DNA of 64,000 nt from Thermoplasmata archaeon. GTDB lineage: Archaea; Thermoplasmatota; Thermoplasmata; Lutacidiplasmatales; UBA184. The notes under the pieces are model-generated. The model saw nothing but the letters and a program-made list of their open reading frames with translations, did not search any database and had not been told where the DNA came from. Below, piece after piece: positions 15,232 to 24,138 of the stretch. The position numbers and the translations under genes were made by a program. Positions within the stretch are counted from its first letter, which is position 1. Each line of letters opens with the position of its first letter. Where the stretch lies: assembly GCA_030041175.1 (NCBI GenBank), contig JASHOK010000006.1:71710-135709 (forward strand), read 5' to 3'.

Positions 15232-16131
15232 ATGGAAGACCAGGAAGGGTTCGTCTCCGTTCTCGGCTACAAGCAGTACTATCGGGTCGCGGGGCCGTCC
15301 GACGCGCCGGCGACGATCCTCACGCTGCACGGCGGACCGGGGAGCAGCCACCACTACCTGCTGTCGCTCCGGGACCTGACCCGCTGGGGGTATCGGGTCA
15401 TCTTCTTCGACCAACTCGGCTGCGGGGCTTCGGAGGTTCCGCCGACCACCGACCACTTCAGCCTCGAGCACAACGTCGAGGAAACGGAGGTCCTTCGACA
15501 GCAGCTCGGACACGGGAAGGTGCACCTGATCGGGTCCAGTTACGGGGGACTACTCGCGCTCGCGTACGCGATCAAATACCAACAGCACCTGCGCAGTCTC
15601 GTAACCGTCGGGGGCCTCGCCGACGTGCCGTTCGCCACCGCCGAAATGGCCCGCCTCATCGACGAGCTGCCGGCGGAAGATGCCCAGGCCATCCACGTAC
15701 ACGGAGACCGCGGCGAGCTCCAGCACCCGGACTATGTCCGGGCGACCCAGCGCTTCTACCACAGTTATCTCTGCCGCCTCCCCACCTGGCCTCCGGAGCT
15801 CACCCGGTCGCTCCAGCTCGGGGACGAGCGGCCGGTCTACCGATACATGAACGGCCCGAACGAGTTCACGATCACCGGGACCATCCGGGACATTGACCTA
15901 CGTCGCCAGCTGCCCACGATCCGCGTGCCGACCTTGGTGCTCGGCGGGAAGTATGACGAGGTCACGCCCGCGGTGGCGGAGCAGATCCACGCCGGCATCG
16001 TCGGCGCGCGGCGCGTCACCTTCGACCAGAGTTCCCATACACCCTTCTGGGAGGAACGCGAGGCGTTCATGTCGACGGTCGCATCGTTCCTGGCGGACGT
16101 GGACCGGGGCTCGGGCCCGACCCGAACCTAG
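15232..16131 (+). CDS. pip: Proline iminopeptidase (alpha/beta hydrolase; tricorn-interacting factor F1-like)
   Basis: The sequence reads TLHGGPGSSHHYLLSL..FFDQLGCG.S, with the nucleophile elbow LIGSSYGGLLALAYAIKYQ, then MNGPNEFTITGTIRD and PTLVLGGKYDEVTP. It is collinear with my recollection of Thermoplasma F1. Start at the internal ATG (MEDQEG..). Confidence 0.9.
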   Translation: MEDQEGFVSVLGYKQYYRVAGPSDAPATILTLHGGPGSSHHYLLSLRDLTRWGYRVIFFDQLGCGASEVPPTTDHFSLEHNVEETEVLRQQLGHGKVHLIGSSYGGLLALAYAIKYQQHLRSLVTVGGLADVPFATAEMARLIDELPAEDAQAIHVHGDRGELQHPDYVRATQRFYHSYLCRLPTWPPELTRSLQLGDERPVYRYMNGPNEFTITGTIRDIDLRRQLPTIRVPTLVLGGKYDEVTPAVAEQIHAGIVGARRVTFDQSSHTPFWEEREAFMSTVASFLADVDRGSGPTRT

Positions 16132-16157
16132 AAACGGTCGGACCCGGATTCCGGGAC

Positions 16158-16829
16158 GTGGCGGAGGATCACCGACCCCCCGCGTGGGACCTGTACTGGT
16201 CGACGGTCGAGGGGCAGCTCGGGGCCGGTCCGAGCGGGTTCGTTCGCTGGGCGCTCCCCTTTCTGCAGTCGGCCCCGGGCACCGAGCTGGTCGAGATCGG
16301 ATCCGGTGCCGGACGCGACCTCGGGTACCTCCTGGAGAACGGATTCTCGGTCCGCGGGGTCGACTTCTCCTCGGAGGCGGTCCGTATCACGCGGCAGCTC
16401 CTCGCGACCCTCCCGCCGGAGGTTTCCGCCCGGGGCCACGTCGAACTCGGTGAGGCCACCGCATTCCTCGGGCGGCTACCCGAGGGAGGTCTGTCCGGGG
16501 TCGTCGGCCTGGTGCTCTACGAAACGTTCACCGACCCGGAATTGGACGCGCTCTTCCGCGGCATCCTCCGGACGCTCCGACCGGGCGGCGTCCACCTGTG
16601 GTGCGTCCGGGACGACGCCCATCCGCTCCGCGAGAAGGTGACGATGGTACCGCCGAACCAGGGAGGGCCCCCGGGTCGGACGGTCGGGCACACCTTCTTC
16701 TCCCGGTCGAGGTGCGATATCCTCACCGGGCTTGGCTTCGAACGAATTGCGCTCGAGCCCCGACCCGAGACCCACTACTTCTTCGTCGCCGACCGAAAAC
16801 CGGTCGCCGGGGCGCCCGGCGCTCAGTGA
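16158..16829 (+). CDS. Class I SAM-dependent methyltransferase
   Basis: Motif I reads LVEIGSGAGRDLGYLLENGFSVRGVDFS and post-I/II reads LRPGGVHLW. GTG start. Confidence 0.75.
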   Translation: MAEDHRPPAWDLYWSTVEGQLGAGPSGFVRWALPFLQSAPGTELVEIGSGAGRDLGYLLENGFSVRGVDFSSEAVRITRQLLATLPPEVSARGHVELGEATAFLGRLPEGGLSGVVGLVLYETFTDPELDALFRGILRTLRPGGVHLWCVRDDAHPLREKVTMVPPNQGGPPGRTVGHTFFSRSRCDILTGLGFERIALEPRPETHYFFVADRKPVAGAPGAQ

Positions 16830-17200
16830 CGTCGCTTGGGGTGCACGACCTCGATCCAGATCCCGTCGGGGTCCGCGACATACCCGAGGTCATACTCGTC
16901 CGCGTGCTCAACCTCGCGGACGACCCGGCCTCCGAGTTCTACCAGCCGCGAGGCCGTCGTCTCTACATCGTCGACTTCGAAGGCGAGATGGTCGAGCTCG
17001 CTGCCCGGGGTATACCGGGCCCCGGGATACCAGTTGAGCTCGAGAAGCTGATGCCCGCCCGGTGTCCGGAGGGTCGCAGTCTCCCCGCCGGTCGCAGCGA
17101 CCAGGTCCCGTCCGACGACCTCCATGCCCAGGCCTTCCCGGTAGAACCGGAGCGACCGCTCGAGGTCGGTCACCTCGATACCGGTGTACAGGAACTTCAT
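16823..17200 (-). CDS. VOC-family protein (glyoxalase I / lactoylglutathione lyase-like)
   Basis: 125 aa: MKFLYTGIEVTDLERSLRFYREGLGMEVV.. ..LDHLAFEVDDVE.. ..DPDGIWIEVV. Confidence 0.85.
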   Translation of the reverse strand: MKFLYTGIEVTDLERSLRFYREGLGMEVVGRDLVAATGGETATLRTPGGHQLLELNWYPGARYTPGSELDHLAFEVDDVETTASRLVELGGRVVREVEHADEYDLGYVADPDGIWIEVVHPKRRH

Positions 17201-17275
17201 TCCCGGGCATCAACGCCCGGGAGTCCTTCAACCTGCCGGGACCGGACGGGCCGGCGAATGCGCTCCGTCCACCGT

Positions 17276-17680
17276 TCAGCGAACGGCCTTGGCACCGGCT
17301 TCCGCAACGGCATGGTCGTGCTCGACCGTGCTGCCGCTGACCCCGATGGCACCGATGACTTCGCCCTGCGCGTTCTTGATCGGGACGCCGCCCGGGAAGG
17401 TGATGAGACCCTCGTTGGAGTGCTCGATCGCGTACAGGGGACCACCCGGCTGGGAAAGTTTGCCGAGTTCTCCGGTGTTCATGTTGAAGTACCGGGCTGT
17501 CCGGGCCTTCTTGTGCGCGATATCGATGCTTCCGAGCCACGCCTCGTCCATGCGGATGAAGCCCTTGAGATTCGCTCCGGCGTCGACGATGGCAATGTCC
17601 ATTTTGGTCTTGAGTTCCTGCGCCTTCTTCATCGCGGCTTCGAGCGCAGCCCAGGCCTGAGCGTGTGTGATATCCGACAT
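17276..17680 (-). CDS. GlcG/HbpS-like heme-binding protein (DUF336)
   Basis: 134 aa: [41 protein letters not shown]...[24 protein letters not shown]. Confidence 0.85.
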   Translation of the reverse strand: MSDITHAQAWAALEAAMKKAQELKTKMDIAIVDAGANLKGFIRMDEAWLGSIDIAHKKARTARYFNMNTGELGKLSQPGGPLYAIEHSNEGLITFPGGVPIKNAQGEVIGAIGVSGSTVEHDHAVAEAGAKAVR

Positions 17681-17778
17681 GTGGGGTCTCCCCGCGCCGG
17701 GGAGCGGGACGGGCTACTTACTACTTCCGGAGCCGGCCCGCTGACGGACGGGCGGGACGGCCGGCCCGGTCCACTGCC

Positions 17779-18924
17779 CTACGGCTTCAGGACGACCTTG
17801 ATGATGCCCCCGACCCGCTTGTCGAACTGCTCGTAGAGCTTCGGGGCATTCTCGAGCGGCTCCCGGTGCGTCACCACGACCGAAGGGTCCACGCGACCGT
17901 TCTCGATCGCGCGCATGAGGTACCGGTTGTAGTTCTTCACATTGCACTGGCCCATCCGGAAGCCGAGTTCCCGGGTGAAGGCGGCTCCGAGCGGAAAACT
18001 CACCCGGCCCTCCTTGTCCTGGGGGGTGGGCGCGAACAAACCGGGCATGCCGATGACGGCGCCCTTCTTGGCGACCTTCATCAGCGTCTCGAGCACGACG
18101 AGCGGTTTGGCCTCCACCTTGGGTCCGGGTGCCACCACGCCCTTGCCCGTCGCCTCGTAGCCCACGGCCTCAACGCAGGCATCCGCGCCGGCCCCGTCGG
18201 TATCATCCAGGACCCGCTGGACCGGATCCTCCTTGTCGACGTTGACCGCCGTGGCGCCGATCTTCTTTGCCATCGCCAGCCGCTCGGGTACCCGATCGAA
18301 GGCGTAGACCTTGGCCGCGCCGCGCAGCAGCGCGGCCATCTGGGCCATCAGGCCCACAGGGCCGCAGCCCCCGACCGCGACGATCTGGCCGGGCCTTACG
18401 CCCGCGATGTCACACCCGAAGTACCCGGTGGGAAAGATGTCGGCGAGCAGTACGGCCTGGTCGTCGCGGACACCGTCCGGTATCTGGAGACACATCGTGT
18501 CGGCGTACGGCACTCGAAGGTACTCGGCCTGCCCGCCGTCGAATCCGCCCAACAGCTTGGCATAGCCGAATGCGGCGCCGGGCCCCTTCGGGTAGAACGG
18601 ATTCGCGTTGTCGCACATCGACCAGAGGCCGCTGTTGCAGAACTCGCACGCCCCGCAGCTGATGTTGAAGGGGACCACGACCCGGTCGCCCTTCTTGACC
18701 CAGTGAACGGCACCCCCGACCTCTTCGACGACGCCCACGTTCTCGTGGCCGAGGATTTGCCCGGGGAGATCGGGTGCAATGAGGCCGTGGTACAGGTGGA
18801 GGTCCGAGCCACAGATGCACGTCGCCGTGATCTTGAGGACAACGTCGGTAGGGTCCTTGACCTTCGGCTTGGGCTTGTCCTCGATTGCCAGCTGGTAAGG
18901 CCCCTTGTAGACGTTCGCCTTCAG
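17779..18924 (-). CDS. Zn-dependent alcohol dehydrogenase family, glutathione-independent formaldehyde dehydrogenase-like
   Basis: The track ORF (17779..18738) starts at a GTG inside the protein. My in-frame upstream translation gives (L)KANVYKGPYQLAIEDKPKPKVKDPTDVVLKITATCICGSDLHLYHGLIAPDLPGQILGHENVGVVEEV, which carries the catalytic-zinc Cys and His ligands. The structural-zinc CGACEFC and the Rossmann motif VGGCGPVG follow. The only start-like codon after the upstream TAG (18955-18957) is CTG at 18924. Confidence 0.8.
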   Translation of the reverse strand: MKANVYKGPYQLAIEDKPKPKVKDPTDVVLKITATCICGSDLHLYHGLIAPDLPGQILGHENVGVVEEVGGAVHWVKKGDRVVVPFNISCGACEFCNSGLWSMCDNANPFYPKGPGAAFGYAKLLGGFDGGQAEYLRVPYADTMCLQIPDGVRDDQAVLLADIFPTGYFGCDIAGVRPGQIVAVGGCGPVGLMAQMAALLRGAAKVYAFDRVPERLAMAKKIGATAVNVDKEDPVQRVLDDTDGAGADACVEAVGYEATGKGVVAPGPKVEAKPLVVLETLMKVAKKGAVIGMPGLFAPTPQDKEGRVSFPLGAAFTRELGFRMGQCNVKNYNRYLMRAIENGRVDPSVVVTHREPLENAPKLYEQFDKRVGGIIKVVLKP

Positions 18925-18989
18925 AAAATCACCCGGCCCGGAGTCGGGACCTCCCTACTTAATCGTTCGGTCCGCGGTTTCGGACTCCC

Positions 18990-20252
18990 TCACGGACGAG
19001 ACGCCGGTCGGACCGCTCGATTCGGGACGATGGCCCGCAGGGCGGGGAGTGTCGCAATGGCAAGGAGTCCGAACAGGACCCATCCCCACGTGAAATTCGT
19101 ATGAACGACGACGACCGCGAACAGAACGGCCGCGCCCCCTTGCGCCACTACCTGGGCCGTCTCCAGGAAGCCGATCGCGACGGCGGATCCGCCCTGTTGG
19201 ACCTCCGGAAAGTGCGAGGTCATCACGAAGAAGATCGGGAGAGTCGCCCCGGCCAGCAAGCCGAGGAACGCGAACTCCACGACGAGCTCCAGAGCGTCGA
19301 GGAACGGGATGGCTACGGCCGCCGCGCCGAATGCCGCCGTCAGGAGCGCCGCGACCCATCGCCGGTCCATCCCCCGCTCACCCACCCAGGTCCCGAGGAG
19401 GCTCCCCGGAATGGTGGTGGCGAGACCCACGGCCCCTAGCAGCCCGGCGAGGCCGATCCCCCACCCCGGGTGGACATCGTGGAGGTACGACGAGATGAAG
19501 TCCAGACCGACCGCGATCGCCATGGAAATGCCGGCGAATCCGATCGAGAGGCCCCAGACCGACGGGGAGCGGAGCACTCGACGGGCCGTGTCGGCTCTGG
19601 CGACCGGCGCTGGCGGTGCCTCTGGGTGGTGCAGGGCGGGAAGGGTCAACGCGCATACCACGGCCGCCGCGATGGAGAGGGAGGCGGCGATGCCGAACAC
19701 GTACTGCCACCCGTAGGTGGGTCCCCACAGCGCGCCGAGGACAAACCCGAGGGCACCGCCAAATCCGAGCCCGGTGCTGACGAAGAGTCCGAGGACGAGT
19801 GACCGCAGCCGCTCGGGGAGCAATTCCGCCTGGAAGGCAAGTGACGGCGCAAAGAACAGTCCGCCCCCCGCCCCGACCGCGACCCGGAGACTCGCCAGCT
19901 CGAGCGGAGTGGTCGCCCCGAGACAGAGGAGGCCGGCCAGTCCCATGAGGGAGAGACCCGCTACGAGGGTCGTGCGATGTCCCCATCGCAGGACGGCCAG
20001 GCCGGACGGCAGGGAGGTCGCCGCGTAGCCGATCGGGAATCCGGCTACGACCAGGCCGAGCTGTCCGACCCCCACCCGAAACGACTCGCCGATGATCGGC
20101 AGCAGAATCTCGGCGGCGGTCCAGGTGATCTCGAGGACGAAGACTCCGGCAAAGAGGGCGACGATTGCCGGCAGTCGTACCCCCACGGGATCGGGGGTCC
20201 CGGAGGAAGCGCCTTTCACAGGATCCGGGAAGACCACTCGGCGGGGGTACAA
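18990..20252 (-). CDS. MFS transporter
   Basis: 420 aa with about 12 hydrophobic helices and a short charged central loop (..LHHPEAPPAPVARADTARRVLRS..). The exact start is uncertain. Confidence 0.75.
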   Translation of the reverse strand: MYPRRVVFPDPVKGASSGTPDPVGVRLPAIVALFAGVFVLEITWTAAEILLPIIGESFRVGVGQLGLVVAGFPIGYAATSLPSGLAVLRWGHRTTLVAGLSLMGLAGLLCLGATTPLELASLRVAVGAGGGLFFAPSLAFQAELLPERLRSLVLGLFVSTGLGFGGALGFVLGALWGPTYGWQYVFGIAASLSIAAAVVCALTLPALHHPEAPPAPVARADTARRVLRSPSVWGLSIGFAGISMAIAVGLDFISSYLHDVHPGWGIGLAGLLGAVGLATTIPGSLLGTWVGERGMDRRWVAALLTAAFGAAAVAIPFLDALELVVEFAFLGLLAGATLPIFFVMTSHFPEVQQGGSAVAIGFLETAQVVAQGGAAVLFAVVVVHTNFTWGWVLFGLLAIATLPALRAIVPNRAVRPASRP

Positions 20253-20645
20253 GCCACTCTCGGCGGACTCACCGACCGGCCAACAGAACCATCAACCCCC
20301 ACGAACTGCCGGGCTCCGAGCGGATCCGAGTGGCTGGACCGTCCTCCTCCCCCGTTCCCGGCAGCGTCAGCACCCAGCCTTCCTGGGGGCGTCTCGGTCT
20401 CGAGTTCGTCACCGACCTCGTCGGCTGGCTCATCGTTCTGGGGGTGCTGGACGCCGTGGGCTCCGCGACGCTCGACAAGATCACCAAGAACCTCTTCGGA
20501 GAACTGGTCCTGATCCTGGTCCTGTTCTTCGCGGTAACGGTCATCGTCCGCATCGGGTTCATCGTGCTGGCGCGCCGGGCACTCGCGTAGGAGTCCGGGT
20601 GTCCCGCCGATCGTCCTCCGCGGGACCGTCGGGACGGGTTTACGA

Positions 20646-20664
20646 TTTCGATACGTAATCGAAA
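20646..20664. promoter_or_regulatory. Perfect inverted repeat TTTCGAT-ACGTA-ATCGAAA in an AT-rich patch upstream of padR (candidate operator/promoter)
   Basis: Read directly from the sequence. It lies about 45 nt upstream of the PadR ATG (20708) and is the only AT-rich stretch in this intergenic region. GGGAGGTG precedes the ATG. Confidence 0.5.
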
Positions 20665-20707
20665 ATTGACCCGTCGAGTTAAGTACCCGCCCGGAGTGGG
20701 AGGTGCG

Positions 20708-21232
20708 ATGACCGCTCGCACTTCGGGCCGAACGCCTCCCTGGCAGCGGGGATTCCTCGGACACTACGCGCTCTCCGTACTCGGCCAAGGGCCAGTGTAC
20801 GCGCATCAGCTGTCGGCCCAGATCGCGGCTCGTACGCAGGGCGCCTGGTCGCCGAGTCCCGGGGCGATCTATCCCGCCTTCCGATCCCTCGAAGCCCGGG
20901 GCTTGGTCCGAGCCGAGCGCCGCGACGGCCGGCGGATCTACTTCATTACGGCGGCCGGCCGGCGGCATCTGGCGCAGGTCCGGGAGGCCCGAGGGCGATG
21001 GGGGGAGCGCTTCGGCGGCTCCTGGCGCCTGATGCTCGATATCATCGGGCCCGAACGTCGGGCGGAGACGGGGCTCCGCCGGCTTCGACAGGCCCTGGAG
21101 ATGAGCGAAGCCTTGGTGGGCGGCGAGGAGGAACTCTTGACCGCCTCGGAACGGGCGGCCCTCCGCCGCTCCGTCATGGCCGAGCTCCGGGGCTCGCTCC
21201 GCCGTCTCGGTACCGGAGGTCGGAGGAGCTGA
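20708..21232 (+). CDS. PadR-family transcriptional regulator
   Basis: The winged-helix core reads HYALSVLGQGPVYAHQLSAQIAARTQGAWSPSPGAIYPAFRSLEARGLVRAE...GRRIYFITAAGR. Start at the ATG preceded by GGAGGTG. The stop overlaps the ABC ATPase start (ATGA). Confidence 0.85.
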   Translation: MTARTSGRTPPWQRGFLGHYALSVLGQGPVYAHQLSAQIAARTQGAWSPSPGAIYPAFRSLEARGLVRAERRDGRRIYFITAAGRRHLAQVREARGRWGERFGGSWRLMLDIIGPERRAETGLRRLRQALEMSEALVGGEEELLTASERAALRRSVMAELRGSLRRLGTGGRRS

Positions 21233-22227
21233 TGCTCGCGGACCATTCTGCCGACGCCATCTGGGCGCACGACCTCACGAAGGTCTACGGCAAGCTCACC
21301 GCGGTCGATCACGTCGAGATGGAGGTCCCCTCGGGCGGAGTGTTCGGCCTGCTCGGGCCGAATGGGGCCGGCAAGACGACGATCATCAAGCTCCTCACCG
21401 GGCTCACCGACCTGTCGGCCGGGGAGGCCCAGGTCGCCGGGTACGATGTGCGTCGGCAGCCGATGCAGGTGAAGCAGCGCATCGGCTGGGTCGCCGCCGA
21501 GGTGATCCTGGACGACGATTTCAGCGCCATCGAGAACCTCTGGCTCCAGGCGAAGCTGCAACGCCTGACCGATTGGCGGCCTCGGGCCGAGCAACTCCTC
21601 CGCTACTTCGATCTCACGGCCCGGGAGAAGGACAAGGTCAGCACGTTCTCCACGGGGATGCGGAAGAAGCTCGAGATCGCCCTGGCACTCCTGCATCAGC
21701 CATCGGTCATTTTCATGGACGAACCCACGATCGGGCTCGACCCGGGAACCCGGCGGATGCTCTGGGAACTCATCACGGGCGTGAACAAGGAGTTCGGCAT
21801 CACGGTCCTCCTGACGAGCCACTATATCGAGGAGGCCGACGCCTTGTGCAACCAGATCGCGATCATCGACCACGGCAAGTTCGTCGCGACCGGTGCGCCC
21901 TCCGAGCTCAAATCGAAGGTCCGGGGCGACTTCATCGAGCTCGACACGACCGAACAGGTCACGGAAGCCATGCTGCGGGCGATCCCGGGCATCTCCGAGG
22001 TCCGCACTCAGGGGAAGACCTGGGTTCTCCGCACCTCGTCCGCGGAGGAGGTCCTGCCGAGGCTGCTGACGCATGTGGACCCCCGGGACGTCCGCCGAAT
22101 CAATGTGGAGCGGCCGAGCCTCGAGACCGTCTTCCTGGACCTTACGGGTCGGAAGATCGATGAGGACAGCGGAGACGTCCACGATTACCGGAAGTTCTAC
22201 GCCACCGTACGGAGGGCCCGGCAGTGA
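21232..22227 (+). CDS. ABC transporter ATP-binding protein (ABC-2/DrrA-like)
   Basis: Walker A is GLLGPNGAGKTT, the signature is FSTGMRKKLEIA, and Walker B is VIFMDEPTIGLD followed by the H-loop LLTSHY. Confidence 0.92.
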   Translation: MLADHSADAIWAHDLTKVYGKLTAVDHVEMEVPSGGVFGLLGPNGAGKTTIIKLLTGLTDLSAGEAQVAGYDVRRQPMQVKQRIGWVAAEVILDDDFSAIENLWLQAKLQRLTDWRPRAEQLLRYFDLTAREKDKVSTFSTGMRKKLEIALALLHQPSVIFMDEPTIGLDPGTRRMLWELITGVNKEFGITVLLTSHYIEEADALCNQIAIIDHGKFVATGAPSELKSKVRGDFIELDTTEQVTEAMLRAIPGISEVRTQGKTWVLRTSSAEEVLPRLLTHVDPRDVRRINVERPSLETVFLDLTGRKIDEDSGDVHDYRKFYATVRRARQ

Positions 22228-23066
22228 GCGGAGAGACCCGGTTCGCCACGATCACTCGGCCCGCCGATGCGACGACCTCCCCCGCGATCGGTCAGGGAAG
22301 CCAGTTCGTGGGCCTCTATGCGCGGGAGCTGCTCCGGACCTTCCGGAATCCGTGGGTACTCGTCATCACGATCGTGCAACCGTTCATGTGGCTCGCCTTC
22401 TTCGGGAACAGCTTTGCCGCCGTTCCGCTCACCGAGCTCGAGGAGCTCCTACACATCCAGATCCAGAGCTACGTCCAGTTCCTGCTGCCCGGCGTCCTCG
22501 CCACCTCGATGCTCACGGTAGGCATGTTCGGCTCGATGAGCACCATCCAGGACAAGCGGTTTGGGTACATGAAGCGGATTTTGCTGACCCCGACCCGACG
22601 CGCGACCATCTACCTCGCCAAGGCACTGGGCTCGGCCAGCCGTGGACTGGTCCAGATCCCGGTCATGATCGCCGCCGCGCTGGTGTTCGGGGTCCGGTTC
22701 AACGGGGACCCGTTGCTGTGGGCCGCCTGGATCCTGTCGCTGGCCCTGCTCGGGTTCGGCTTCTCCTGCATGTTTCTCGCGGTCACGGCCTCGAGTACGG
22801 ACTGGCAGACCCCGGGGGTCATCTCGAACTTCATCACGATGCCCCTGATGTTCGCGAGCGGCGCGCTGTTCCCCTCCGTCAACTTTCCCGAGTGGATGCG
22901 GGTGATCGCGAACTGGAACCCGGTCGGGTACACCGCCCTCTTCGGACGGGCGGTCGTGGTACAGGGGGTGGCCCACTGGAACTATCTGGGCTACGTGGCC
23001 ATCTTCGCGGCCATCATGGTCACGATCGGAACGTTCGTGGCGTCGCGCTACCTCAAGGCGGAGTGA
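22224..23066 (+). CDS. ABC-2 type transporter permease
   Basis: 280 aa with 6 hydrophobic helices. The GTG start overlaps the ATPase stop (GTGA). The N-terminus is typical of ABC-2 permeases: LRTFRNPWVLVITIVQPFMWLAFFG. Confidence 0.85.
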   Translation: MSGETRFATITRPADATTSPAIGQGSQFVGLYARELLRTFRNPWVLVITIVQPFMWLAFFGNSFAAVPLTELEELLHIQIQSYVQFLLPGVLATSMLTVGMFGSMSTIQDKRFGYMKRILLTPTRRATIYLAKALGSASRGLVQIPVMIAAALVFGVRFNGDPLLWAAWILSLALLGFGFSCMFLAVTASSTDWQTPGVISNFITMPLMFASGALFPSVNFPEWMRVIANWNPVGYTALFGRAVVVQGVAHWNYLGYVAIFAAIMVTIGTFVASRYLKAE

Positions 23067-23251
23067 CGCATCGGCCCTGGACCCCCCCGTCGTCGGCGAC
23101 CGAGCGCGTCGTTCCTCTTCGGGCGCCCCGCCGTTGGCCACGCTCGGTGACGGAGGGTCCGGTGGGCCGATTCGCTCCCGTCCCCCGACGCGGGTCTGCC
23201 GGCTTCGAGGGGAACCAAGCGATTATGTGACCTGGCCCGAGATGGTCGGGC

Positions 23252-23530
23252 ATGGGCCTCGCGCTGCTGTTCGTAACTGCCCTCATTGCCGGCCTCTCCC
23301 TGGTCAACGTCACGGTCGCGGGGGCCGCCTGGTCGCGGGCCCGGGACCCACGGCTCCTCCTGGTGGCCGGAGCGAATACGGGACTGTTCCTGGTCGGGCT
23401 CCTGTGGGCGTGGGGGCAGGTCCCGAGCGGACCCAGCGAGTTCGCAACTCCGTCCTGGCCGATCGTGCTGCTGGTCCTCCTGGTCACAGTGCTCCTGCTC
23501 GGGACCGCCCTGATCCCCCGTCGCGCGTGA
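23252..23530 (+). CDS. Small membrane protein (3 helices)
   Basis: 92 aa: LALLFVTALIAGLSLVNVTVAGA, LLLVAGANTGLFLVGLLWAW and WPIVLLVLLVTVLLLGTALI. It ends 3 nt before the next gene. Confidence 0.6.
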   Translation: MGLALLFVTALIAGLSLVNVTVAGAAWSRARDPRLLLVAGANTGLFLVGLLWAWGQVPSGPSEFATPSWPIVLLVLLVTVLLLGTALIPRRA

Positions 23531-23533
23531 CCG

Positions 23534-24061
23534 ATGGAGGACGACCTCCTCGCGCTCGAAAGCCGACGCCGGATTTACACCATCGTCGTCGGATCGCCAG
23601 GGCTCGGCAGCCGGGAGATCCAGCGGCAGGCGGAGATGGCGTGGGGGGAAACCACCTACCATCTGGACCGGCTGGTGTCCGCGGGCCTGGTCCACCGGGA
23701 GACCGGGGGGCATCAGGACTTCTACTTCGCGTCGACCGTGCCGCTCGGCGATCGCACGTTGCTGCGTCTGGCCCGGGCCGAGGCCTCTCGACGTCTCCTC
23801 GGGGCGTTGCTGACCGAATCCGACCTCACCGTGCCCGAGCTCGAGCAGCGCACCCAGCTCAGCGCGGGACGGTTGTCCATCCACCTGCGTCGGTTTCTCG
23901 AGACCGGCTTGGTGATGGCCGGACGACGTGAACGGTTCCGAACCTTCCACATTGCGGACCGCGAGCGGGTGATCCGCCTCCTCGTCGCGTATCGCCAGAG
24001 TTACGCCGATGGCTGGGTCGACCGCCTGCTCGAGACGTGGTCCGAGGTGTTCCGTCCGTGA
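23534..24061 (+). CDS. Winged-helix (ArsR-like, apparently tandem wHTH) transcriptional regulator
   Basis: 175 aa: RRRIYTIVVGSPGLGSREIQRQAEMAWGETTYHLDRLVSAGLV and a second unit LTVPELEQRTQLSAGRLSIHLRRFLETGLV. Confidence 0.7.
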   Translation: MEDDLLALESRRRIYTIVVGSPGLGSREIQRQAEMAWGETTYHLDRLVSAGLVHRETGGHQDFYFASTVPLGDRTLLRLARAEASRRLLGALLTESDLTVPELEQRTQLSAGRLSIHLRRFLETGLVMAGRRERFRTFHIADRERVIRLLVAYRQSYADGWVDRLLETWSEVFRP

Positions 24062-24138
24062 AGGTTTCGGGATTGGACCATCGGTTTTCGTGGCCGCACC
24101 AAAAACGAGGTGATGGCTCCCTGCCGTCCTCACGTCCG

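Noticed and set aside
17866-19104. 412-aa plus-strand ORF
   Set aside because: It is antisense to the ADH gene, which has zinc-ligand and Rossmann motifs. The composition is a low-complexity His/Arg/Gly/Val mix.
20165-20590. 141-aa plus-strand ORF whose C-terminus looks like two TM helices (LVGWLIVLGVLDAVG..LVLILVLFFAVTVIVRIGFIVLA)
   Set aside because: It may be a real small membrane protein, but the N-terminal 70 codons overlap the MFS gene and are Arg/Pro-rich. The only nearby in-frame start would leave about 48 aa. The evidence is insufficient to call it.
20938-22182. 414-aa minus-strand ORF
   Set aside because: It is antisense to the PadR and ABC ATPase genes, is Arg/Asp/Pro-rich, and has no motifs.
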